This document shows positions 41,461-50,612 of a stretch of DNA of 64,000 bases, in pieces. Position 1 is the stretch's first letter. Each line of letters begins with the position of its first letter. The DNA comes from Patescibacteria group bacterium (GTDB taxonomy: Bacteria > Patescibacteriota > Patescibacteriia > Patescibacteriales > JBAZCA01): assembly GCA_041661505.1 (NCBI GenBank), contig JBAZUF010000004.1, positions 4,861 through 68,860 of the forward strand. Direction: 5' to 3'. The position numbers and the translations under genes are program-made. The notes under the pieces were generated by a model, which saw only the letters and a program-made list of their open reading frames with translations, had not been told where the DNA came from and did no database searches.

Positions 41461-42414
41461 ATGGCGGCCAAAGTATTGCTTTTGGAAGGGATTAAAGAGG
41501 AAGCAAAATCTTATTTTGAGGAAAGGGGTTATAAGGTGGAGCTCGTAAAAGGCACTTTAGCGAAAGAGGAATTAAAAGAGAAAATTAAAGATGTTGAAGT
41601 GCTCGGCATCCGCTCAAAAACCGAAATTGACGAGGAAGTGCTTGCCGCGGCCAAGAATCTAAAAGTGATCGGCGGCTACGTCATCGGCTTAAATAAAGTT
41701 AACCTTCCGGCCTGCACTAATGCCGGAGTAACGGTTTTTAACGCTCCCCATTCTTCAACCCGAAGCGTAGCCGAATTGGCAATTGGCCTCATAATCTCGC
41801 TTTTTAGAAAATTAGGCGACCGGAATCGGGAAATGCACGCCGGCGAATGGAAAAAAAGCGCCAAAGGATCTTTTGAAGTCCGGGGCAAGACTCTTGGGAT
41901 TGTCGGCTACGGCAATATCGGCGTCCAGGTTTCGGTTTTGGCCGAAGCTTTCGGGATGAAAGTTGTTTTTTTTGATCCCTATGACAAACTGCCGATGGGG
42001 AACGCGGAAAAGATGGGGACGCTGGAAGAGCTTTTAGGCGCCGCCGACATTGTAGCTTTGCACGCCCCATCGCCAAATCTAATGAACAAGGAAAAAATCG
42101 GCTTAATGAAAAAGGGAAGCTATTTAATTAATTTAAGCCGGGGGAATGTGGTTGACTTAACTGTTTTAGCTCTATATTTAAAATCCGGGCATCTGGCCGG
42201 AGCGGCGATTGACGTTTACACAAGCGAGCCGAAAACTAACGATGAAAAATTCGTTTGCGAACTGCAGGACCTGCCAAACGTTATTTTAACTCCGCATATC
42301 GGCGCTTCAACCGAAGAGGCGCAGATGGATATCGCGCTATCGACTAGCGAAAAGGTTTATAGGTTTTTAACTGAAGGCCGGACAATCGGATCGGTTAATC
42401 CGCCAAAAGCTTAG
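41461..42414 (+). CDS. serA: D-3-phosphoglycerate dehydrogenase (short form, no ACT domain)
   Basis: 2-hydroxyacid dehydrogenase family (GIVGYGNIGVQV, LSRGNVVD, TPHIGAST). It precedes serC and serB. Confidence 0.8.
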   Translation: MAAKVLLLEGIKEEAKSYFEERGYKVELVKGTLAKEELKEKIKDVEVLGIRSKTEIDEEVLAAAKNLKVIGGYVIGLNKVNLPACTNAGVTVFNAPHSSTRSVAELAIGLIISLFRKLGDRNREMHAGEWKKSAKGSFEVRGKTLGIVGYGNIGVQVSVLAEAFGMKVVFFDPYDKLPMGNAEKMGTLEELLGAADIVALHAPSPNLMNKEKIGLMKKGSYLINLSRGNVVDLTVLALYLKSGHLAGAAIDVYTSEPKTNDEKFVCELQDLPNVILTPHIGASTEEAQMDIALSTSEKVYRFLTEGRTIGSVNPPKA

Positions 42415-42458
42415 CCTGTTTTACCGCCTTAAGGCTTGTTAATTTATAAAAATAAAAT

Positions 42459-43544
42459 ATGTATTTGACTTTTAACGTCGGACCATCGGCCATCTCGGAA
42501 GAAGTAAAAAAGGACGTCTGCGAAGCCGCCGACAATAATCTTCTTTCCCTTTCCCACCGCCACAAAGATTTTCTAGCGATTTTTCGCTCGGCCCGCGAAA
42601 ACTTGTATGAATTTTTAGATATTCCAAGAAACTATTCGATATATTTCGTCTCTTCGGCTACCGAATGCATGGAAATACTCGGCCGGAATCTAGTCGACAA
42701 AAAAAGCCAGCATTTTATTTTTGGATCTTTTTCCAAGCGCTTCGCCAGCACTTTGAAAAAAATCGGCAAGGAGACTGTCGTTCGGGAAGTGGAGCCTGGA
42801 AACGGTTTTAACTATGCTATTGAAGAGATAACGGATAAAGAAGTTGAACTGGCGGCCCTTACTTATACCGAAACTCCGGCCGGCGTAAGCCTGGCTGAAG
42901 GCGAGCTCAAAACTTTCAGAAATAAATACCCGGATATTTTAATCGCCGTTGATATAGTATCGGCGGCCGGGGCGCATAAAATTAATTTTAGCCTGGCCGA
43001 CGCCTGGTTTTTTTCGGTGCAAAAAGGATTTGGGCTGCCGGCCGGTTTGGGCGTTTTAATTATCAATGAAAAAGCTAAAGCCAAAGCGCTAAAGATGGAC
43101 GCTGAAGGAAAAGACGTAGGCGCGGTCCATTCGATTGCCAATTTGGAAAAATACGGCGTAAAAGATCAGACTTTTGAAACGCCTAATGTTCTTGGATTGT
43201 ATTTGTTGTCAAAACAAGCCGGACGGTTTAAGGACAAGGGAATGAATGAAATTGAGAAAGAAACCCGCCAAAAGGCCGAATACCTGTATAGCTGGGCCCG
43301 GGAAAAGGGGATGGAAGTTTTAGCCCGGGAAGAAAAATACAAGGCTTTGACGGTTTTATGCATAAAACTTCCGGCCGGGGTTAGCGCGGAGGATTTCCAT
43401 AGAAAATTAAACGCCCAAGGGATAATTTCCGGCAAAGGCTATAAGGAGATGAAGGAAACTCATTTCCGCTTAGCTAATTTTCCGACCCACACCTTAGAGG
43501 ATTTTAAGCGGCTTACCAAGGCGATTGACGATATGAAAGAATAA
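42459..43544 (+). CDS. serC: phosphoserine aminotransferase
   Basis: Class V aminotransferase with an FNVGPSAIS N-terminus. Gene context supports the call. Confidence 0.8.
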   Translation: MYLTFNVGPSAISEEVKKDVCEAADNNLLSLSHRHKDFLAIFRSARENLYEFLDIPRNYSIYFVSSATECMEILGRNLVDKKSQHFIFGSFSKRFASTLKKIGKETVVREVEPGNGFNYAIEEITDKEVELAALTYTETPAGVSLAEGELKTFRNKYPDILIAVDIVSAAGAHKINFSLADAWFFSVQKGFGLPAGLGVLIINEKAKAKALKMDAEGKDVGAVHSIANLEKYGVKDQTFETPNVLGLYLLSKQAGRFKDKGMNEIEKETRQKAEYLYSWAREKGMEVLAREEKYKALTVLCIKLPAGVSAEDFHRKLNAQGIISGKGYKEMKETHFRLANFPTHTLEDFKRLTKAIDDMKE

Positions 43545-43595
43545 ATATTTTTTCCGCCTTCCGGGCATTAATCAATTATGTAAGCCATTTCTATC

Positions 43596-44264
43596 ATGAA
43601 AGAAAAATTTTTGATTATCGATTTTGACAGCACTTTAGTCCAGATCGAATGCCTGGATGAATTGTTTTTTTTAACCCTGAAAGGGAATCCGGACAAGGTA
43701 AAAATTATGGGGGATTTTTCCGAAATTACCCGCCTTGGGATGGAAGGGAAGCTTTCTTTCGGGGAGTCGCTTGAAAAAAGGATGGCTCTGGTAAAGGCGG
43801 GAAAAAAAGAACTGGACGAATTCATAAAACTTTTGCACGGGCATATAACCGAGTCGTTTTGGAAAAACCGCGGATATTTAAAAGAGCATGCCAAAAATAT
43901 TTATGTTTTTTCCGGCGGTTTTAAGGATTACGTAATTCCCATAGTTATTAAACTGGGGCTTTTGCCCGAGAACGTTTGCGCCAATAACTACATCTTTGAC
44001 AAGGAGGGAAATATAATCGGTTTTGACAAGGAGAATTTTTTGGCCCAGACCGGCGGCAAATGGAAGCAGCTCAAAGCCTTGAACCTGTCCGGAGAAAAAA
44101 TCGTTATCGGCGACGGCTGGACCGATTATGAAATCAAAGAAGCCGGGGCGGCGGATAAGTTCATCGCTTTTACTGAAAACGCGGCGCGGAAATCGGTAAT
44201 CGAAAAAGCGGATTTTACCGCTGAAAATTTTGATAAAGTCATTGAAATTTTGGAAAAGAACTGA
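43596..44264 (+). CDS. serB: phosphoserine phosphatase (HAD family)
   Basis: DFDSTL (DxDxT), GDGWTD, and gene context. Confidence 0.75.
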   Translation: MKEKFLIIDFDSTLVQIECLDELFFLTLKGNPDKVKIMGDFSEITRLGMEGKLSFGESLEKRMALVKAGKKELDEFIKLLHGHITESFWKNRGYLKEHAKNIYVFSGGFKDYVIPIVIKLGLLPENVCANNYIFDKEGNIIGFDKENFLAQTGGKWKQLKALNLSGEKIVIGDGWTDYEIKEAGAADKFIAFTENAARKSVIEKADFTAENFDKVIEILEKN

Positions 44265-44582
44265 TATAAAAACCGGCTGGCCATAAAGGCGTTCCTTAAT
44301 TGAAATATTAATAAAGGCGTGCTAAAGTAAAAATACCCCGCAGTTTGCGGGGCAATAAAGCTTCACCAGCCGGCATAAATTTTGGATCAAATTGTATAAT
44401 TTTGGCTAGCCGTTTTCCCGCCTCGTTCGCGAGTCGGGATAGGCTCAAAGGATTAAATCGCCTTTAGGATTGTTAAGCGGTGAATCGGCATTTTGTCCTG
44501 TTTACTGCGAGATGAATTCTTAGGCCCTCTGTCCCGTTTCGGGATAGCATCCATTAGAATAAGGCCAAAATTTAACCGGCCT

Positions 44583-44740
44583 GGCCCTGTCGCCAAATGC
44601 CATTTCTACTGCAATTTGAAAATTTTGGCTGCAAAGTCCAAAAAGCTCCTCCGCTTACTATTGTAAACATCGTCGCTTTTTGAACTTTTCGCTTCAAAAT
44701 TTTCAAATTTCGCTACGAAAGCGTATTTGGCGACAGGACC
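44583..44740. repeat. about 158-nt long imperfect inverted repeat (hairpin) just upstream of tRNA-Pro
   Basis: The arms are ggccctgtcgccaaat...tttgaaaatttt...caaaaagc and their reverse complement, with internal mismatch bubbles and a 28-nt apical loop. Confidence 0.7.
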
Positions 44741-44765
44741 ATTGGTGGAGCTTTAGTGTTTTAAA

Positions 44766-44836
44766 CGGGCTGTCGTATAGTGGCAGTACGCGTGCATGGG
44801 GTGCATGTAGCCGCGGTTCGATTCCGCGCAGCCCGA
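44766..44836 (+). tRNA. tRNA-Pro (anticodon GGG)
   Basis: Hand-folded cloverleaf: acceptor cgggctg/cagcccg, G18G19, anticodon loop aUGGGGu, T loop ttcgatt. CCA is not encoded. Confidence 0.85.
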
Positions 44837-44861
44837 CTGGCTATTTAGTTAAATAAAATTT

Positions 44862-45173
44862 ATGACTTCAGAAAAAAAACATTTTACTTTGGAAGACGCC
44901 AAAAGGGTGGGCGGAAAAATCGGGGCCGATTTTGATAAGCTTGATCCGGAACAATTCCGGGCCGGCATGGACGTCGAGCTGGAACATGGATCAAGAGATG
45001 CCCAAACCAACGTTACCAACGACGACGAAATTATTACCGGAAAAATCGCTTTGGCGCACATGAAGGAATTTCCGGATTATTACGAGCGGCTGGAAAAGAT
45101 GGAAAAGGAAGCGGAAGAATTTTGGGACAAAAAAGAAAGCGGCGGCTGTAGTTGTTGCTGCGGGCGCCATTAA
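44862..45173 (+). CDS. conserved hypothetical protein with a C-terminal CSCCC tail
   Basis: 103-aa ORF with a DVELEHG motif. Family not confidently named. Confidence 0.5.
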   Translation: MTSEKKHFTLEDAKRVGGKIGADFDKLDPEQFRAGMDVELEHGSRDAQTNVTNDDEIITGKIALAHMKEFPDYYERLEKMEKEAEEFWDKKESGGCSCCCGRH

Positions 45174-45216
45174 TCCGCCAGTTAAATCAGCTTTTGTCCG
45201 GCTGATCGGAAGCGAA

Positions 45217-45244
45217 TTGACAAGCAAGAAAAAACATGTATAAT
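45217..45244 (+). promoter_or_regulatory. promoter TTGACA-16-TATAAT
   Basis: Both hexamers are perfect, upstream of rplU. Confidence 0.6.
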
Positions 45245-45297
45245 ATAGGAACTAGCGCTTGCTTATTGCAGGGCTGTTTTAATTTCAATATTTTTTT

Positions 45298-45612
45298 ATG
45301 ACAATCGCAGTAATAAAAACCGGCGGAAAACAGTATAAAGTAAAGCCGGGCCAGATTATAAAGATTGAAAAACTGGCCGGTGAAAAGGACTCAAAAGTTG
45401 ATTTTGAAACCCTGATGGTCGCTTCCGAAGACGGGGCAACCCTAAACCTCGGCGGACCTTCGTTAGGCGCGAAAGTAGCCGGAAAAATTTTAGAGAACGG
45501 GAAATCAAAAAAAATAACGGTGGTAAAGTATAAAAATAAGATCCGGTATCTGCGGACCAAAGGCCATCGCCAGCAGTTTACTAAAGTTGAGATTACCAAT
45601 ATTGCCGCCTAA
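45298..45612 (+). CDS. rplU: 50S ribosomal protein L21
   Basis: MTIAVIKTGGKQYKVKPGQ and GHRQQFTKVEI. Confidence 0.95.
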   Translation: MTIAVIKTGGKQYKVKPGQIIKIEKLAGEKDSKVDFETLMVASEDGATLNLGGPSLGAKVAGKILENGKSKKITVVKYKNKIRYLRTKGHRQQFTKVEITNIAA

Positions 45613-45632
45613 TAACTTGAACTCAAAAAAAG

Positions 45633-45657
45633 ACCCGCCCAGTGAGGCGGGTTTTTT
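45633..45657 (+). terminator. rho-independent terminator acccgcc/ggcgggt plus T6
   Basis: 7-bp GC-rich stem with a 6-nt loop, running into tttttt. Confidence 0.85.
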
Positions 45658-45718
45658 GACGCAATTTGTTGACGTAATTTGGGCAGTCTTTAAGCCTGTC
45701 CCCGGATTTCCGTAATTA

Positions 45719-46321
45719 CTACATCTCGCTTCGGTATTTTAAGGAATTCGACAAAGTGAGCTCATCGGCGTATTCGATATCGGCGCCCATAGGCAGGCCC
45801 CGGGCCAGGCGCGTTACTTTGATGCCGGGAAAAGCGGACTTAATGAGCTTGGTCAGATACATAGCGGTCGTTTCGCCGTCCAAGTTCGGGTTTAAGCCCA
45901 AGATCACTTCTTTGATTTTTTTCCCGCGCAGTTTTTCAATCAGCGCCTTGATGTGCAAATCTTCCGGCCGGATCCCTTCAATAGCATTTAGTTCGCCGTT
46001 TAGGATATGGTAATAGCCGTTATAATTCCGGGTGGAGTCGATGGCCGCCATGTCGCGGTTGTCGGCCACGACGCATAAAAGCGATGAATCGCGGCGAGGG
46101 TCGGAGCAAACCGGGCAGGAATTTTTTTCCACCAAAGCCAGGCAGTTTTTACAGATGGAAATTTCTGATTTTAAAAGCGCCAGGGCTTTGCCGAAGTCGC
46201 GCAATTCTTCCGGGGATTTTTTCAATAAATAAAAAACATACCGTTCCGCGGTCTTCGGCCCGACGGACGGCAATGTTGAAAAAAGCTTGATCAGGTTTTC
46301 GATGCTTTTTGGATATTTCAT
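45719..46321 (-). CDS. recR: recombination protein RecR
   Basis: LPSVGPKTAERY HhH motif, C4 zinc finger CKNC...CPVC, and a Toprim domain. Confidence 0.95.
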   Translation of the reverse strand: MKYPKSIENLIKLFSTLPSVGPKTAERYVFYLLKKSPEELRDFGKALALLKSEISICKNCLALVEKNSCPVCSDPRRDSSLLCVVADNRDMAAIDSTRNYNGYYHILNGELNAIEGIRPEDLHIKALIEKLRGKKIKEVILGLNPNLDGETTAMYLTKLIKSAFPGIKVTRLARGLPMGADIEYADELTLSNSLKYRSEM

Positions 46322-46359
46322 CGGCTTTGGCTGGATGGGTTTATTTTTGGCGCCTGGCT

Positions 46360-46632
46360 TTAGAATCCCGGCAGTCCGCCCATCTCCTGCATTTTTTTAG
46401 CCATGATCTTTTGGGTTTTTTTAATCGTATCGTTTATCAGGTCTTTTAATATCCCTTCCTGGCTTTCTTTGGCGATGCCGTCGTTAATGCTGACGGATTG
46501 GACTTCCAAATTGCCGTTCATAACGATTTTTATTCCGCCCTTCTCCGATTCAATCGTTTCCTGGGACAGGACGTTTTGGATGGATTTGGCCTGGCTTCTT
46601 AAGTCTTTGATTTGTCTTAGTTTGTTGAACAT
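46360..46632 (-). CDS. ybaB: nucleoid-associated protein YbaB/EbfC
   Basis: 90 aa with family-typical length and sequence. Adjacent to recR. Confidence 0.85.
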   Translation of the reverse strand: MFNKLRQIKDLRSQAKSIQNVLSQETIESEKGGIKIVMNGNLEVQSVSINDGIAKESQEGILKDLINDTIKKTQKIMAKKMQEMGGLPGF

Positions 46633-46658
46633 GGTGCTTATATATTAGTAATGATAAA

Positions 46659-48050
46659 TTAAAACTGGGGAACTCCGGTGTTAACTTTTGCGTCTAAATT
46701 TTTAAAGCTGGTAGTTTGCTCGTCAAAATACATGTCAACGCGTCCGGTCGGGCCGTTTCTATGCTTGGCGATATGGAGTTCGGCCCGGTAGCGGTCGTCG
46801 TCGTTTAAATCTTCCATTCGGTAATTCCGGTCGGCGGCTTTGCGGTAGATAAACATTACGATATCGGCGTCCTGCTCAATCGAGCCGGATTCGCGAAGGT
46901 GCGACAATTTAGGGATGGCCGGCTTTGACTGTTCGACGACGCGCGACAGCTGGGAAAGGGCGATCACCGGTATGTTCAATTCGCGGGCAATGCCTTTCAA
47001 GCCCCGGGTAATTTCTGAAATTTCCTGGACGCGGTTGTCGCCGTATTTTCCCCGGCCCTCCATCAGCTGCAAGTAATCAATTATTAGAAGATCCAGTCCT
47101 TTTTCAATCTGCAGGCGCCGGGCCTTGGTTCTTATTTCCATGATTGAACAGCTGGGGGAATCGTCTATGAAAATCGGCGCTTCGGATAATTGGCCCATAG
47201 CGTCGCCAATCCGCATAAAATCGTTGTCTTCTTCCTTGTCCGATAATTTTCCGGTTCGCATTTTCCAGAGGCTGACGCCGGCTTGGGCGCAAAGCATCCG
47301 GTCGACTAACTGCTCTTTAGACATTTCCAGAGAAAACAAGCCGACTGACGCTTTCACTTTTACCGCCGTCTGGCGGGCGATATCAAGCGCCAAGGATGTT
47401 TTTCCGACCGAAGGCCGGGCGGCGATGATTATCAAATCGGACTTTTGCAGGCCGGCCATCATTTCATCCAGCTCATAGTAGCCGGTCGCGAGTCCTCGCA
47501 ATTTTCCCGACTGCTTATGCAATTCGTCAATCCGGTCAAAAGCTTCGGTCAAAAGGGAATCGATGGGGATAAAAATATTTTTTACGAATTTTTGGGAAAC
47601 CGAGAAAATTTTCTGCTCGGCTTCGTCCAGGAGTTTTTCTAAATCCTCCTCTTCATTATAGCCCATCTCGCCGATTTGGGCGGCGGTTTCGATTAAGCGC
47701 CGGAGCGTAGCTTTGCGATGGACGATTTGGGCGTAATGGACGATGTGCGATGAGGTGGCGACAATAGTCGACAAGTGGGCAAGATAAGTCCGGCCGCCGA
47801 TTTGCGCCAGCGCGCCTTTTTCTTCCAGGCGGTTGGTTAAGCTTAAGATATCAATCGGTTCGCGCCGGCTAAACAATTCTTTCATCGAGCTGTAGATCAG
47901 TTCGTGGCTTTCCTTATAGAAATCCTTATCAAAGACGATGTCGGCCACCTTAATAATCGCGTCTTTATCAATCAAAAGACAGCCTAAAAGCGATTCTTCG
48001 GCTTCCAAATTTTGCGGTGGCATTTTTTCGGCGACTTGGGGCACGGTCAT
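46659..48050 (-). CDS. dnaB: replicative DNA helicase DnaB
   Basis: PPQNLEAEESLLG, Walker A ARPSVGKT, and IIDYLQLM. Confidence 0.95.
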   Translation of the reverse strand: MTVPQVAEKMPPQNLEAEESLLGCLLIDKDAIIKVADIVFDKDFYKESHELIYSSMKELFSRREPIDILSLTNRLEEKGALAQIGGRTYLAHLSTIVATSSHIVHYAQIVHRKATLRRLIETAAQIGEMGYNEEEDLEKLLDEAEQKIFSVSQKFVKNIFIPIDSLLTEAFDRIDELHKQSGKLRGLATGYYELDEMMAGLQKSDLIIIAARPSVGKTSLALDIARQTAVKVKASVGLFSLEMSKEQLVDRMLCAQAGVSLWKMRTGKLSDKEEDNDFMRIGDAMGQLSEAPIFIDDSPSCSIMEIRTKARRLQIEKGLDLLIIDYLQLMEGRGKYGDNRVQEISEITRGLKGIARELNIPVIALSQLSRVVEQSKPAIPKLSHLRESGSIEQDADIVMFIYRKAADRNYRMEDLNDDDRYRAELHIAKHRNGPTGRVDMYFDEQTTSFKNLDAKVNTGVPQF

Positions 48051-48227
48051 AAGCTGGGGATTAATGAATTTTTAAAGCGTGATTGATAAGTTCATACTAC
48101 ACTGTTTCTTCGGCTTTGAAAAGCTCAAGTTTTCCACGAGTTTTTCACTAGTTATGCACAGGGAAAGGGCGGGCTAAAAGAGCCGAATTTTAAAGCTAGA
48201 CCGAACAATTGGCTGTGGAGGCGCGTA

Positions 48228-48256
48228 TTGCAAAATTTGCGGCAATTTGTTATTAT
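48228..48256 (+). promoter_or_regulatory. promoter TTGCAA-17-TATTAT for the tRNA pair
   Basis: Read by eye, about 85 nt upstream of tRNA-Lys. Confidence 0.5.
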
Positions 48257-48340
48257 ACTAAATAATCTCTGCGCTAAGCAGAATTGTTTTTAGTTTTGCG
48301 CCGTTAGCCATAAGTTGGCAGACGGTTAGCAATGCAACAT

Positions 48341-48413
48341 GCGCCGTTAGCTCAGTTGGTAGAGCAACTGCCTTTTAAGCAGAAGGTCACTGGTTCGAGT
48401 CCTGTACGGCGTA
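48341..48413 (+). tRNA. tRNA-Lys (anticodon UUU)
   Basis: Hand-folded cloverleaf with anticodon loop cuUUUaa. It has a G1-U72 pair and one T-stem mismatch. Confidence 0.8.
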
Positions 48414-48437
48414 CAATTATCTATTTTCTATCAATTT

Positions 48438-48512
48438 GCCGAAATAGCTCAATGGTAGAGCAACCGCCTTGTAAGCGGTAGGTTGTCGGTTCGAGTCCGA
48501 CTTTCGGCTCCA
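48438..48512 (+). tRNA. tRNA-Thr (anticodon UGU), CCA encoded
   Basis: Hand-folded cloverleaf: acceptor gccgaaa/tttcggc, anticodon loop cuUGUaa, T arm gtcgg-ttcgagt-ccgac. Confidence 0.9.
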
Positions 48513-48648
48513 AAAAATAAGTCTGTACTTTTACAACATTCCCATGCTCTTGGCTATGTCAGGCTGGTTAATCAGTCTGTCGAAATAAATTTGCGTTCCG
48601 TGGTTGGCCGGATCCAGAGCTATTCACTTCTTGACCTAGGAGGAAGCC

Positions 48649-49050
48649 ATGTCCGTTGATTGGAGATTGCTGGGTATGTTGGCTCTTTTGTTTGCCGGTG
48701 TCGTTATATTTCTTTTCTTCATCCGCCGGTACCGCATAATCGCGAAGGAAAATAAGAGGCGTGAGAAAGCGTGGGCGGATGATCACGAAATCCGTGCGAT
48801 TGACTGGGACGCCAAAGGAATTTTGGTCATAACCTTGGCTAGCGGAAAGACCGTCCCGGTCAGCTACTTTCAGAGCTGGGCCCCGCTGGACTACGGAAAA
48901 AGGTGCCTCGACAAAGAGAAGTATGTAAGTTTGGAAGTGGCTGAAGGCGGCGCTTCGAGGCGGGTACGCTATAGCATATCTAAAAGCGCTATGTATAGCC
49001 TGGAAAAGTCCCTTCCAATGAAAGAGTTTGGTTCTCGCGCGAAAACTTGA
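48649..49050 (+). CDS. hypothetical membrane-anchored protein
   Basis: AGGAGG upstream and one N-terminal hydrophobic helix. Lies immediately after the tRNA pair. Confidence 0.5.
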   Translation: MSVDWRLLGMLALLFAGVVIFLFFIRRYRIIAKENKRREKAWADDHEIRAIDWDAKGILVITLASGKTVPVSYFQSWAPLDYGKRCLDKEKYVSLEVAEGGASRRVRYSISKSAMYSLEKSLPMKEFGSRAKT

Positions 49051-49123
49051 CTCTGAAAAGGCTTGATCAGCTAATTATTAAGATCAAGAGTGCGGGCGAT
49101 TTAAATGCTCTTTGACAACACAG

Positions 49124-49152
49124 GGGCCGGCAGTACAATGCGGCCCTTTTTT
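49124..49152 (+). terminator. terminator gggccg/cggccc plus T6
   Basis: 6-bp GC stem, 11-nt loop, and tttttt at 49147-49152. Confidence 0.75.
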
Positions 49153-49199
49153 CTGGAGTTTTTTAAAATGTAAATTAATTTGGTTTGTCTGCGCGAAAC

Positions 49200-50555
49200 A
49201 TGGCAAAAAAATTTAAAATCTACACCCTCGGCTGTAAAGTTAACCAGTATGATTCTGGCGTCCTGGCCGGAAAATTAAAGGCGGCGGGCTTTCTATTGGT
49301 AAAAAATAACGCGAGCCTAGCAATCGTAAATACCTGTGCGGTTACGCAAACGGCGATACGGAAGGGCAGAAAGATGGTTGTTAAAGCCAGGAAAGAGAAC
49401 CCTAAGGCGCGGATTATTATTACCGGCTGCTGGCCAAAAGTTTATAAGGAGGCGGGTTATGGAAACGAGAAAAGCGTGGTAGTCGTAAGAAACGAAAAAG
49501 AACTGGAGAAAATAAGCGGATTTAGCGGCAGAGATATGGGAAGCAGAAACAAGGCGGATGGCGGTGGCCCGGTTAAGGATGACGAAGTAATGCCGTGCAC
49601 GAAGGTTATAAGCGCTAACGATCGGGCGAGATACTCGATTAAAATTCAGGACGGCTGCGAGCAATTTTGCTCCTATTGCATAATTCCTTATGCCCGGGGA
49701 AAAATGAAAAGCCGGTTAATGGATGAAGTTCTAGAGGAAATTAAAACAGCAGTGGAGAAGGGCTATCGTGAAGTGGTATTATGCGGAATCCATCTCGGGC
49801 TTTATGGAAAAGATTTTAAAAATAAAAAATTGGGAACAGGAGGCAGGACGAGAAACGTGAATCTGGCGGGATTACTGAAAAAGGCGGCAGAGATAAAAAA
49901 CTTGGGTAGAGTGAGGCTAAGTTCAATTGAGATTACGGAAGTGAGCGATGAGCTTATAAAGCTAATGGCCGATTACACCAGGCAGGCTGACGCGAAAAAG
50001 AGCGGGGCAAAAATTTGCCGGCATTTGCACATACCTTTGCAATCCGGCTCGGATAAAATTTTAAAGTTAATGAACCGGCCTTATGCCGCGGCTTATTTCA
50101 GGAAGCGAGCGAGAGCCATAAGGAAAAAATTACCGGATATAGCGCTGACAACGGATGTGATTACCGGCTTTCCGGGAGAAACCGAAAAAGATTTTAAAGA
50201 GACATATAATTTTATTCGGGAGATGAAATTCAGCCGATTGCATGTTTTTCCTTTTTCGGCCCACGAAAAAACCCCGGCCGCGAGACTGCCTTTCCGCGTG
50301 CCTGAAGAAATAAAAAGCGAGCGGGCCGCCAAATTAAAATCTCTGGGCGAAAAAATGGCTCTGGATTATAAAAATAAGTTTAGGGGGCGAAGCCTTTTTG
50401 TCGTTATTGAAAATAAGCGGAAAGGGGAGTGGCTCTTAGGAAAAACTGAATACTATTTTGACGTTGTATTCACGGAGAAAAATATACCGGACGCGGTGAA
50501 AATTGACTCTAAGAGGCTTGCCGGAAAAATCGCAAAGGTTAAGTATTGGAAATAA
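49200..50555 (+). CDS. radical-SAM methylthiotransferase, MiaB/MtaB family
   Basis: N-terminal KIYTLGCKVNQYDS, radical-SAM CEQFCSYC, and a C-terminal TRAM-like region. Subfamily assignment is uncertain. Confidence 0.8.
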   Translation: MAKKFKIYTLGCKVNQYDSGVLAGKLKAAGFLLVKNNASLAIVNTCAVTQTAIRKGRKMVVKARKENPKARIIITGCWPKVYKEAGYGNEKSVVVVRNEKELEKISGFSGRDMGSRNKADGGGPVKDDEVMPCTKVISANDRARYSIKIQDGCEQFCSYCIIPYARGKMKSRLMDEVLEEIKTAVEKGYREVVLCGIHLGLYGKDFKNKKLGTGGRTRNVNLAGLLKKAAEIKNLGRVRLSSIEITEVSDELIKLMADYTRQADAKKSGAKICRHLHIPLQSGSDKILKLMNRPYAAAYFRKRARAIRKKLPDIALTTDVITGFPGETEKDFKETYNFIREMKFSRLHVFPFSAHEKTPAARLPFRVPEEIKSERAAKLKSLGEKMALDYKNKFRGRSLFVVIENKRKGEWLLGKTEYYFDVVFTEKNIPDAVKIDSKRLAGKIAKVKYWK

Positions 50556-50612
50556 AAATGGGCTTATGGTAAAATATAGCTACATAAGCGATTTTAGGAT
50601 ACCTAGCCAGAT

